This document shows positions 8,901 to 15,296 of a DNA stretch of 27,284 nt, piece by piece. Under the pieces are notes generated by a model that did no database searches, was not told where the DNA came from, and worked only from the letters and a program-made list of their open reading frames with translations. The DNA is from a virus. Lineage: Duplodnaviria > Caudoviricetes. Position numbers and translations under genes: made by a program. Numbering within the stretch: the stretch's first letter is position 1; the number at the start of each line of letters is the position of its first letter. The DNA is taken from the IMG/VR virus record IMGVR_UViG_3300033076_000665, positions 1-27,284 of that record; one strand, written 5' to 3'.

Positions 8901-10229
8901 GGAAAGAGCGAGCTGGAGGAAACTCTGCAGCATGCTGGCGCTATCAGCAGCAACGTGTTCTCTGGCGATAAGCACGACATGGAGATGATCCTGCGCAGCT
9001 TGGCCGGAGGAAAGGGTGGTTGGCAGAAACTCATTGCCAAGGCAGAAGGTCTGGCCATCCAAGGCGATTCGTCTACTCGCGCTGTGCTCTACGACATGTA
9101 TCGCAAAAAGGGTATGACGCACATGCAGGCGTTGCTTGGTTCGCTGGAGTCCATGAACTTCAACCGCCGTGGTGTGTCGCCCAGCTTGCAATTCATGTCC
9201 ATGATGGTGCCGTTCTTCAACGCACAGATTCAAGGTCTGGACGTGCTATGGCGGGCTGCTCGCGGACAGTCCCTGCTGGAAAAAGAAATGAACGTCCGTG
9301 CCACCATGCTCAAGCGCGGTGCCATGATGGCTGCCGGCACACTTGCCTACGCTGCGCTGATGCAAGACGATGACTCCTACAAGAACGCTACTCCTGAGCA
9401 ACGCGCCCTCAACTGGCTCATCCCAGTACCGGGTACGGAAGCTACGCTGCGGCTGCCGATTCCGTTTGAACTGGGTTACGCGTTCAAGGCCATCCCCGAG
9501 ATGATCTACAACGTTGCGCTTGGTGACCAGAAAGCTAGCGATGCCGCAAAAGCACTGGGGGCTCTGGCATATCAGTCGGTGCCGATCGGTATGCCGCAGG
9601 CCATCAAGCCGATTATCGAGGTTGCGTCCAACTACTCGTTCTTCACCGGAGACCAGATTGAGACGGCCCGTATGCAGCGTTTGGAAAAGAGCGAGCGCTA
9701 CACAGCGAATACCTCCGAAGTGGCCAAGATGCTGAGCGCTGCCGTCGGCCACGCAGTGTCTCCAACACAGGTGGAGTATCTTATCCGTGGCTACACCGGT
9801 ACGATGGGCGTCGCAATGACACAGCTGCCAGACATTGCACTGCGCCCACTGAGCGGCGAAGCGGAGCGTCCTACAAAACTCATCAGTGAGTACCCGGTGG
9901 TTGGTACCTTGTTCCAACCACGCGACGGCAGCGGCGTTGTCAACGCGGCATTCGACCGAATCAAGGAGTTCCAGCAAGCGCATACCACGCTGCAGGCCAT
10001 GATCCAAGAAGGCCGCACAGCAGACGCACAAGCCTTCGCCCAGAAGTACGCTACGGATATTGCGGCCAATTCAATCGGGGGGCAGTTCCGTCAGCAGATG
10101 GGGGAATTGGCCAAGCTGCGCCGCGCTGTTACCGCATCGCAGACGCTCACGCCAGACCAGAAGCGCCAGCGTATTGATGAGATCAAGAAGATGGAGCTTC
10201 AGCTGGCCCGTCAGATTCGAGCGATTTAA
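2949..10229 (+). CDS. Large polyvalent internal virion protein (~2426 aa) with zincin metallopeptidase (MPTase-like) and C-terminal LPD38-like domain
   Basis: ATG at 2949 is preferred over 2919, which lies inside the hairpin. N-terminal Ala/Gly hydrophobic stretch and long coiled coils. HELIH at 7257-7271 with downstream EEFASE. C-terminal NWLIPVPG..LRLPIPFELGYAFKAIPE matches the LPD38 pattern as I recall it. Confidence 0.8.
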   Translation: MAQYLSLPNGNSIEVPEGMDARTAYAKAMEQFPDAFGLTPDVKPPESGFTAGLKSGIESLKGDIGALGAGLGVQGAAEYAKQQREKAAQIYETPKFTEHPLDYVTGLLGQSAAYMAAPAAAALGAAALPLTGAAATAAGIGAAGLASATQFTGSNLSRQLEEGTAPEDLKLGYAVAAAIPQAALDTVSMKMLPGVNKLLGKWGIEATEEQALAAARKLAQASTAGVIKAGGIEVAKNAGIEGLTEAGQQVLERMQANLDLMSPDARQEYLDNFAGGAALGGLFGAGSRFGEQARAKAKVAAEDRKVADKAAAEEQARKEAGYLEAEAAAPTQAMPYVEPTAVAQPPLPGFEAVEPAATQTAPAPAPTELLQEQQYLQRIMEDNRMQQSAAVEKGDYATAEKLSDQYNAFDTRLKELDTQIKDAGYEDAEAQRIKVQKQVAATQAKLQNLTGDAYDPIEGRKLIDKLKEQQAKLTELGGPQQELNAPLMKLTTPEEGLRQANKAAMEQRQADLAASAAPAEEAQPDLFGQQLQDVAQETQAGRAEDMTHLTTLFGGALQGLEPAVKLPDTFKVLPAQQAKANKATFDNLLNQYQKANTALSPAARAQAGAIRDQINSLRSQDDGYLKRAFDARASQDEALANLMGAMTDMRSGIYFGGRDVAAASTNMEGLRKQADEARAKYIEAALQEAAIHRRAAGNPAITADEAVKAADAMDRAMREAIDEVATRSEADRGGAYKEEQVVLPAQMRGSQIVSPAVTERRDVRPLSERPFGAPKAAQEVIAEQLNVLPKIRDDLINKKAPVQKGEAALLNKQYAAAEAAKVAEARGETATTVGGELRRRTEFVRNKMEKLPENMRGAASKVLNESADIMDSGKATNALLDAVEPVVDTLNRNMMPRMNDLRAISDAIKAMAPTAVEQQEAGQKDLFGTTTDRRRKDQELGVIRRNFEAFQNSEPVKKARMAIAQAEAAAKQAEAEEKAAAAKRAERKAEERVRLEETLPEQRKAWAEAFASAKKQAVIEANATFNPQIANALKQLDKIREQVEQTELMGAADVTPSKEVMAEVKALRDKYGAVKERLENLLIDKESALQDANIRTQALLDSNVEFEKNELQRLEKQYDKLAASTATRPEILAAQKEAQAQREAVAMAEKKRADELAERDRLAREHDQRMAKAYPGAVLQRVTREVEVQYRDKEGKLRKEMVPMRSNTGYITAPERLAADLREKQIQELETAPKAGTRSTEITKRATGPVARGTTGKDVVKITEARGEKTRNVAVTSDEIKEANAIAEQLKKTSPKERAAQVQEAEKTAAELMGIDTDKRNWRKKWLEAGGKLDTVLREMDKGKYDAPSFTGLKMGTIKALKAGDIGTVLKNLADAGSSKFVQKLAGALAPLVSDVKVVISEDPIIVDGRRASADYNAKTQTARFDVAQLSEENVLHELIHAATLNALRRPISALNAAQQAARRELEAMFKYIKNNKALAREYGRENVEEFASELLSNKVLQDKLKDVKWYGGGNMFTRFINRVLGMLGLKEGVDFRAGAVDKVLNLFEKTAPIEEANTVASILRGVFPDKETVYTDKVSTAAQDAAKAMVASTRKLGDKVEASFFNPTAGLAWRTQLLDRFAPVEALLKKGVERGLIPDMQLFQTQYYLRFGEQRSQYVAQAASVGVPQRIKQSDGSYTIEAVKGANIADIAKTLGDAGIGSEQAAEEMFTGWMAGLRAGQGKIGWNKLNFKDAAAAKANWEKINQEVQSNPQLKEAFSKARDQYREYNANLLNFLADSGALSREKAAELKALDYVPFYRIDGDSLNLMIDNEHPVRIGNIAQQPYLKELVGGEDSILPFFSSALQNTNLLMDMALRNIQTKDVAYVLKQLDGAEIRNGAGPAGNNVIRFREHGEMKHAIIDTDAYGVPAELLVKGMEGIKTTIPAVVRLMKYPANLLRKTVTMFPTYAMRQAVRDPLSAWLVTGGDFTPIASSFKELGKMVAGKSELEETLQHAGAISSNVFSGDKHDMEMILRSLAGGKGGWQKLIAKAEGLAIQGDSSTRAVLYDMYRKKGMTHMQALLGSLESMNFNRRGVSPSLQFMSMMVPFFNAQIQGLDVLWRAARGQSLLEKEMNVRATMLKRGAMMAAGTLAYAALMQDDDSYKNATPEQRALNWLIPVPGTEATLRLPIPFELGYAFKAIPEMIYNVALGDQKASDAAKALGALAYQSVPIGMPQAIKPIIEVASNYSFFTGDQIETARMQRLEKSERYTANTSEVAKMLSAAVGHAVSPTQVEYLIRGYTGTMGVAMTQLPDIALRPLSGEAERPTKLISEYPVVGTLFQPRDGSGVVNAAFDRIKEFQQAHTTLQAMIQEGRTADAQAFAQKYATDIAANSIGGQFRQQMGELAKLRRAVTASQTLTPDQKRQRIDEIKKMELQLARQIRAI

Positions 10230-10416
10230 CCGGGCGCTGGGGGAGGTAAAACCAAACCCCCAGTAGTCCGTCCTTGATGCAAGGCACCGCCTTGATACGG
10301 AGCCGCTGACCTACCGCAGCGCGTAGCCCGAGTTCTCGGGCTTTCTCCGTATCAATGGCCGGTACAAAAAAGCCCTCACCGTGCTTCAGGCGTTCCCATG
10401 GATAGTTGATCTTCAT
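10183..10416 (-). CDS. Small conserved phage protein (YPW..GEGFFVP family), possibly DNA-binding
   Basis: The YPWERLKHGEGFFVP...GVWF pattern is common in small phage proteins found downstream of primases. It overlaps the primase 3' end and, tail to tail, the giant gene. Confidence 0.65.
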   Translation of the reverse strand: MKINYPWERLKHGEGFFVPAIDTEKARELGLRAAVGQRLRIKAVPCIKDGLLGVWFYLPQRPVKSLESDGPAEAPSS

Positions 10417-13318
10417 CCACAGTCTCCTTTGGGCGGCTGATGTGCATGACGTTGACGCGCATGCTCGGGCCGTTGGTCTTGGTCAGCATGTCCTTCTTCG
10501 TGTACGTCACCTTGAACAGCGCCTCCATCTGGCTCTTGAAGTCAGCGTAGCCGAAGCTCATGGACACGCAGTGTTGCTTGAGCAGCTGCTCCTCGATGTA
10601 GTACTCTATGTACCCGGGCCTGAGCAGTTCGTGCTCGATGCGCCCCAGCACCTTGCTGCGCGTGATGGAGGTCTCCTTGGTGTCGCCACCGTCGCCCCAT
10701 GTAGCCATGATGCTGCGTCCCTCGACCTTGCGCACGACAATGAAGCCGCCGTAGTTGTCTCGGGTGTAGGCGTTCAACACGTCCTCCGCCGTGCGCACGT
10801 TGCGCCGCAAGTTGCCTCTGGACTTCTCCACAAGCGCTTTGAGAGCATCAACAACGCCGTTGATCGGCACGTTCAGCAGGTTGGCGTACTTCGGGCCCAG
10901 CAGTAACGCTGCCGTGACAACCTCCGTGCACCCCGCATGCCAGTAACGCTCGTCATCACTGAACGACAGGGCCTCTTTGAGCCGCGCATGTATTCGACGG
11001 TAGGCTTCGGCTGCCACGTCCTGATGACGCACAAGCCAGCGCACCCACGCTTCGCCCGCCACGCCGTAGTTGTCGTTGAGCTTTTTGAGCATCGCGTTCT
11101 CGTCGGGCGTCCATGTCAGCGCCACGTTCGGGCTCCACTGCAGCATGCGCAGCAGTTCACCATTCGAGCTGTGCTTACGCGCTCCTGACATGTAGTCTGT
11201 CAGGTGGACGTTGCCGGTCATCGTGCAGGTACCACTCCAGCGGCTGTTGTTGATGCGCTCCTTGTTGGCACCGGACTCCATGCGCTCCTTGCCCTGCCCC
11301 TCGGTCTGCGAGAAGATGAACGTCGGTGCCCACTCCATGTTGTCCCGCGCCTTGGCAGTGATCTCGTCGATCAGCAGCGGCAGGCTGTTGAGCAAACCCA
11401 TGCGCTGTTGCATGGCCACGGGGGAGGTTTCAGCGCCCGTCCTGTACTGTGTCGGGTGCCCCCAGACGCCAGCCTTGGCGCTCAATGTAAGTGACTTGCC
11501 TGTGCCGGACTCAGTAGCACCGATGTACCAGACGAAGCCATCGTACTCAGAAAAGCGCATCAAGGAGCTGCCGAAGCTGTCCAGACAGAACGCCAGCATG
11601 GTGAACATTTTCTTCTTGGCGAATAGGTTCCACACGTCTTGCCAGTCTTCGAGCGTGCCCTTGGACTTCGTGTTGTTGTTGATGTTCTCTAGTCCGGGCA
11701 TCGGGGTGCGAATCTCCCGGCCATCCTTGGTGAACACACGACCGCTGTACACGAATGAGCCGTCCTTTTGCCAGCCGAACTGTTGCGGAACTACGACAGC
11801 CTTCTTGGTCAGCGATGCTTCTTCCACACAGGCACGCACGTAGTCGAACAGGTTGGCGTCGTTGCCTTTACCGAAGCTGGCGATGATGTTCTGGCCGGCC
11901 AAGAACTTCACGGTCTCGTCCTTGGACACCACGCACTTGCTTGGCATGGTGATGTGCTTGGCTCCGTCAGGACGGGTAGCGACAAGGTGCACCGCGTAGT
12001 CTTCTTCCTGCTGCAGCATGTCAACGACAAACAAGTCATAGGCAAGGATTTGCACCTGTTTTTTGGACTTGGTGCCATCGCCGTCCTCGATCGTGCGCTC
12101 ACAGTACACACCGCCGTTGGTGCCATAGTTGTAACCGCGTGGTGGCGCTGGGCGCTTAACGACCAGACCGGTTGACGGGTCTTCCACGGACACGCCTTGC
12201 TCGTCCTCTTGGTACAGCGCGTCTTCCGGCATTTCCTGTACAGGCGTCAGGTCGATCAGCTTCTCGGTGTTGTCCGTCTTGATCTCGCGGCCAAGCCGCA
12301 GCGGGTTTGTAATCTTGCCAAAGTGAGGGCAGCCAGCGCACAGGCCGGGGTTCTCACTGTCCATCTTCACGCACGGGTACGGGCCCTTGATGGCCGCCAG
12401 CTTCTCGCGCATGCGTTGAGCAGGGTATGGGTGCAGTTCGCTGAGCCATGTGCTCCACTCGTCGCCGTCTTCGCACACCTTTGTCCACGAAAGTAGCCCG
12501 CGCCAGATCGGCTCCAGTCCGTCTTCCTTGGGGTTGTCGATGTAGTTCTTGAGCTGGGCGCAGCCCACGCCGTTCATGGTGGCGTCGTAGATGGGCTCGA
12601 AAAGCGTCATGCTGTTTTGCATGAGCTTGACCTGCGTAGCGTTCGGGTCGCGCTTGAGACGTTGGCCGGGGATGGCCTCAAATTTTGGTGCGTGGTGCTC
12701 TGGTGCCAACAAAGAGTTGATGACTGTTCCCAACTGCTCCAGAGAGAAGACATCGCCCTGCCCCATCAACTTGACGGGTTTCGGCGTGCCGTACTTCTTC
12801 TTGAAGTTGGTTGTGCCCGGTACACGCAGGACACGGGCGGCGTCAGCCGTCACGGTCATGTCGATGGCCAGCGCTTCTTGCTTGCACAGACGCTTGAAGT
12901 TCTCAGCAACAGGTTTCCAAGAAACGATGTCGGCTTCCTTGTCCAGCGGCCAGTAGCAGTGCAAGCCACCACCAGACGCTACGATCCACGGCGTGCCCAG
13001 ATCGGCCAGTCCGGTCTTTTCCAGAAACGTGTTGAGCGCAAGGGCCGCAGCCTTCTTGGACTCGTAGCCGTCCATGTCGATGAACAACGATTTCACAAAA
13101 CGTGCGTTGTCCGCCGTGCGCTTGCCGGACTCCTCAAAGGTAGCCAGCGCGAAATACACGTCGCGGTCTGCGCCGTGCCACTTGTTTATGGTGGGTTCTA
13201 GGTCTTCAAGTTTCTCCTCGTACGCATGCGCTTTTTTGTTTGAACTCAGCTCTGCCGCACAGTAATACCCATGTCCCGGGGACGGCAAAACCACCGCTAG
13301 AAATTCAGCGGGTGTCAT
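10376..13318 (-). CDS. Primase-helicase: RepB/AEP-type primase fused to DUF927-type superfamily helicase/ATPase
   Basis: Primase motifs FIDMD, SGGGLHCYW and DAARVLRVPGT. Cys cluster PYPC..PGLCAGCPH. QFGWQ (DUF927-like), Walker A GATESGTGKS and Walker B LLIDEIT. GAGGA RBS. Confidence 0.88.
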   Translation of the reverse strand: MTPAEFLAVVLPSPGHGYYCAAELSSNKKAHAYEEKLEDLEPTINKWHGADRDVYFALATFEESGKRTADNARFVKSLFIDMDGYESKKAAALALNTFLEKTGLADLGTPWIVASGGGLHCYWPLDKEADIVSWKPVAENFKRLCKQEALAIDMTVTADAARVLRVPGTTNFKKKYGTPKPVKLMGQGDVFSLEQLGTVINSLLAPEHHAPKFEAIPGQRLKRDPNATQVKLMQNSMTLFEPIYDATMNGVGCAQLKNYIDNPKEDGLEPIWRGLLSWTKVCEDGDEWSTWLSELHPYPAQRMREKLAAIKGPYPCVKMDSENPGLCAGCPHFGKITNPLRLGREIKTDNTEKLIDLTPVQEMPEDALYQEDEQGVSVEDPSTGLVVKRPAPPRGYNYGTNGGVYCERTIEDGDGTKSKKQVQILAYDLFVVDMLQQEEDYAVHLVATRPDGAKHITMPSKCVVSKDETVKFLAGQNIIASFGKGNDANLFDYVRACVEEASLTKKAVVVPQQFGWQKDGSFVYSGRVFTKDGREIRTPMPGLENINNNTKSKGTLEDWQDVWNLFAKKKMFTMLAFCLDSFGSSLMRFSEYDGFVWYIGATESGTGKSLTLSAKAGVWGHPTQYRTGAETSPVAMQQRMGLLNSLPLLIDEITAKARDNMEWAPTFIFSQTEGQGKERMESGANKERINNSRWSGTCTMTGNVHLTDYMSGARKHSSNGELLRMLQWSPNVALTWTPDENAMLKKLNDNYGVAGEAWVRWLVRHQDVAAEAYRRIHARLKEALSFSDDERYWHAGCTEVVTAALLLGPKYANLLNVPINGVVDALKALVEKSRGNLRRNVRTAEDVLNAYTRDNYGGFIVVRKVEGRSIMATWGDGGDTKETSITRSKVLGRIEHELLRPGYIEYYIEEQLLKQHCVSMSFGYADFKSQMEALFKVTYTKKDMLTKTNGPSMRVNVMHISRPKETVDEDQLSMGTPEAR

Positions 13319-13330
13319 AGTTGTCCTCGG

Positions 13331-13492
13331 TTATTTCAGATCGTCGGCCAGTGCTTCTTTTTCTTTGATCATGCGATCAAGGCGCTTGATGAGCTCGTAC
13401 GTCCAGTCTGCATCCAGCTTGCCGTACCCTTGTAGATATGCGTAGTTGAGCAGTTCTTCGTCGGTCAGATTTTGTGGTCGAATGCCTTGCAT
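13331..13492 (-). CDS. Hypothetical protein, 53 aa (MQGIRPQNLTDEELLNYAYLQGYGKLDADWTYELIKRLDRMIKEKEALADDLK); not in the ORF track
   Basis: Translated by hand. GGAG lies 6 nt before the ATG. It fills the gap between the HTH gene and the primase and has an LTDEELL..ELxxRL pattern common in small phage proteins. Confidence 0.7.
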   Translation of the reverse strand: MQGIRPQNLTDEELLNYAYLQGYGKLDADWTYELIKRLDRMIKEKEALADDLK

Positions 13493-13743
13493 GCTTTGCT
13501 CCATGCCTCCTCGGCTGTGCCGGAAGACTGTAAGATTTTGAGAAGATTGGTGACGTTGGGGCGGTATGCAACAAAGACTTCGCCGCCTTCAAACCAGTTG
13601 TACACAGTCTGGCGGGTTGCCCCGGTCAGCGTAGCAATCTTGGTCACAGGGAAGTCGAGGTGCACAGCCCAGCGCCCGAGCTGGTTTCCCAGCGTCTTGG
13701 GTGCTTTTCGGACGTTGCCCTTGATTTGATCGGAATAGGCCAT
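13465..13743 (-). CDS. Helix-turn-helix DNA-binding protein (Cro/XRE-like)
   Basis: VTKIATLTGATRQTVYNWFEG is a classic HTH signature. Confidence 0.8.
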   Translation of the reverse strand: MAYSDQIKGNVRKAPKTLGNQLGRWAVHLDFPVTKIATLTGATRQTVYNWFEGGEVFVAYRPNVTNLLKILQSSGTAEEAWSKACKAFDHKI

Positions 13744-13752
13744 GGTGTTGAA

Positions 13753-13768
13753 GGGGGCCGAAGCCCCC
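13753..13768 (-). promoter_or_regulatory. GC-rich hairpin with C(UUCG)G tetraloop between the SD sequence and start codon of the HTH gene
   Basis: The minus strand reads TAAGGAGAAC-GGGGGC-TTCG-GCCCCC-TTCAACACC-ATG. Confidence 0.7.
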
Positions 13769-13775
13769 GTTCTCC

Positions 13776-14753
13776 TTACTCGTCGTCCCAGTCGTCGACC
13801 ATCGACGCCAGATTGTTTTTAGCCGCAGGCACAGCGCTGGGCTTCTTCTCTTCCTTGCGGACTACCGGCTCATCGGCTTCTTCCACAGGCGCAGCGGCAA
13901 CCTTCTCAGCCTTGGCTTTCTTAGCCTTGGGAGGAGGCGGTGGTGCTTCCTCGTCGTCACCATCGTCAGCAGGCGCGGCTTTGGCAGCGGCGGGGCGCTT
14001 ACCTTCCAGCGGTGCGGCTACCTTGGGCACGCTGTCCATCTTGGCCACGCTCATGGTGATAGCCTTGATGGCGTCGTCGGATGCGCCTTGCTCCTTGATG
14101 GTGGGGTACTCATCATCGGTCAACCAGCGCATGGCCTTGAAGAACAGCTTGGGGTTCTCTGCCTTGGTGTCGAACTTCATGCGCGTCACGACCTCGGATG
14201 GGTCAATGTTCTGCGCGGCCAGCCAGCGTGCATACGCTTGCAGCGGACGGTTGTCGCCATCTTCCTTGCCGAAGATAGAAGTAGCGGGCAGCGCCAGCTG
14301 CATCACATCGCCTTCCATGTCGTTGGCCAGCACCACAGCCAGACGCTGTTGGAATTTGCAAGCACGGCTGTCGCCTTGGCCGGAGCCGGCAATGTTCTGC
14401 GCACACTCGCGGCAGTTGGAGGACTGCTTGTTCTCGCTGTCAGGGCTTGGCGTTTCACCGTCGGCAGACCAGCAGTCAGGAGGCGCTGGGTTGGCCGCAT
14501 CGTACTGAGCCATGTAGAACACGCGGGAGACTTTGGGGGCCGCATTGACCAGCACCACGTCCAGATAGCGTTCGTCAATGGCCGCAACTTCTTTGCCGCC
14601 AGCAACCAGACGGAACACACCGCCTTTGATGGAGATGCGCTTACCGCCACCACCGCCACCACCTGCGAGTGCTTTGGCCATGGCAGACAGCTCGCCGCGC
14701 TGCTTGGCGAATGCGGGTACTTGGCCCGGGTTGAAAAGTGCTACGTTACTCAT
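13776..14753 (-). CDS. Probable single-stranded DNA-binding/annealing protein
   Basis: Located in the replication module. Globular N-terminal domain with CWS.DG..P, CxxC and C. Pro/Ala/Lys-rich linker and acidic aromatic C-terminal tail DDWDDE. AAGGAG RBS. Confidence 0.6.
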   Translation of the reverse strand: MSNVALFNPGQVPAFAKQRGELSAMAKALAGGGGGGGKRISIKGGVFRLVAGGKEVAAIDERYLDVVLVNAAPKVSRVFYMAQYDAANPAPPDCWSADGETPSPDSENKQSSNCRECAQNIAGSGQGDSRACKFQQRLAVVLANDMEGDVMQLALPATSIFGKEDGDNRPLQAYARWLAAQNIDPSEVVTRMKFDTKAENPKLFFKAMRWLTDDEYPTIKEQGASDDAIKAITMSVAKMDSVPKVAAPLEGKRPAAAKAAPADDGDDEEAPPPPPKAKKAKAEKVAAAPVEEADEPVVRKEEKKPSAVPAAKNNLASMVDDWDDE

Positions 14754-14765
14754 CTTGAGTTCTCC

Positions 14766-15224
14766 TTACTTGGTGGGTTTGCGAACAGAAATGGCGTACT
14801 CCGTCATGGAGTTCAGGCCGGGAGGTACGACGCCGGGGTTCTCTTCCAAGAACGTGGCCATGTTGGTCTGCGCGATGCGCTTCTCAAGCAAGTCTAGTGC
14901 GTCGTGGTTTTTGATGAACTCCTTGAAGGAGTCCCAGTCTTGGGTGTTGTAGCGCGTCTTGGTTGACAGCACCACCGTACCGTTGTCGGTGCGCACAGAG
15001 TTGACGCCCATCACGAGCATCTGATCCTTGAGCGCAGTCTTCACTGCATCTTGCTGACGCTTGATCTCCTCGACAGCTGCGTCATACTCAGTTGTGAGTT
15101 CCTGAATCTTGGCAGCCATCTTGCGGTAGACCTTGGCCAGCTTGTCCATAGGGATGGCAGCCAGCGCAGCAGCTTCTGCATCTTGTGGAGCCTGTTGCGG
15201 CGCCTCATCGTCTAAAAGTTCCAT
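14766..15224 (-). CDS. Conserved phage replication-module protein (coiled coil plus DWDSF..FI..LLEKR..PPG domain)
   Basis: ATG at 15224 with AAGGA RBS is preferred over the listed 15287 start. The motif set is typical of proteins encoded between SNF2 helicase and SSB genes in phages. Confidence 0.7.
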   Translation of the reverse strand: MELLDDEAPQQAPQDAEAAALAAIPMDKLAKVYRKMAAKIQELTTEYDAAVEEIKRQQDAVKTALKDQMLVMGVNSVRTDNGTVVLSTKTRYNTQDWDSFKEFIKNHDALDLLEKRIAQTNMATFLEENPGVVPPGLNSMTEYAISVRKPTK

Positions 15225-15244
15225 GCGAGTTCCTTTGTTTTGTT

Positions 15245-15287
15245 TGTCTAGGGTTTGACACTGTACTACGATTTTTTGGCTTTGCAA
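15245..15287 (-). promoter_or_regulatory. Putative sigma70 promoter with an overlapping palindromic operator
   Basis: Minus strand TTGCAA (15282-15287), 16-nt spacer, TACAGT (15260-15265), followed immediately by the imperfect inverted repeat TGTCAA-ACCC-TAGACA (15245-15260). It lies in the only AT-rich gap of the module. Confidence 0.5.
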
Positions 15288-15296
15288 CTCCTTTCC

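Noticed and set aside
10395-10410. QLSM at the primase C-terminus as a clamp-binding motif
   Set aside because: Poor match to the consensus, and the sequence is constrained by the overlapping downstream gene.
15255-15260. Perfect TTGACA on the + strand as an antisense promoter
   Set aside because: No plausible -10 box 16-18 nt downstream. It is better explained as half of the palindrome.
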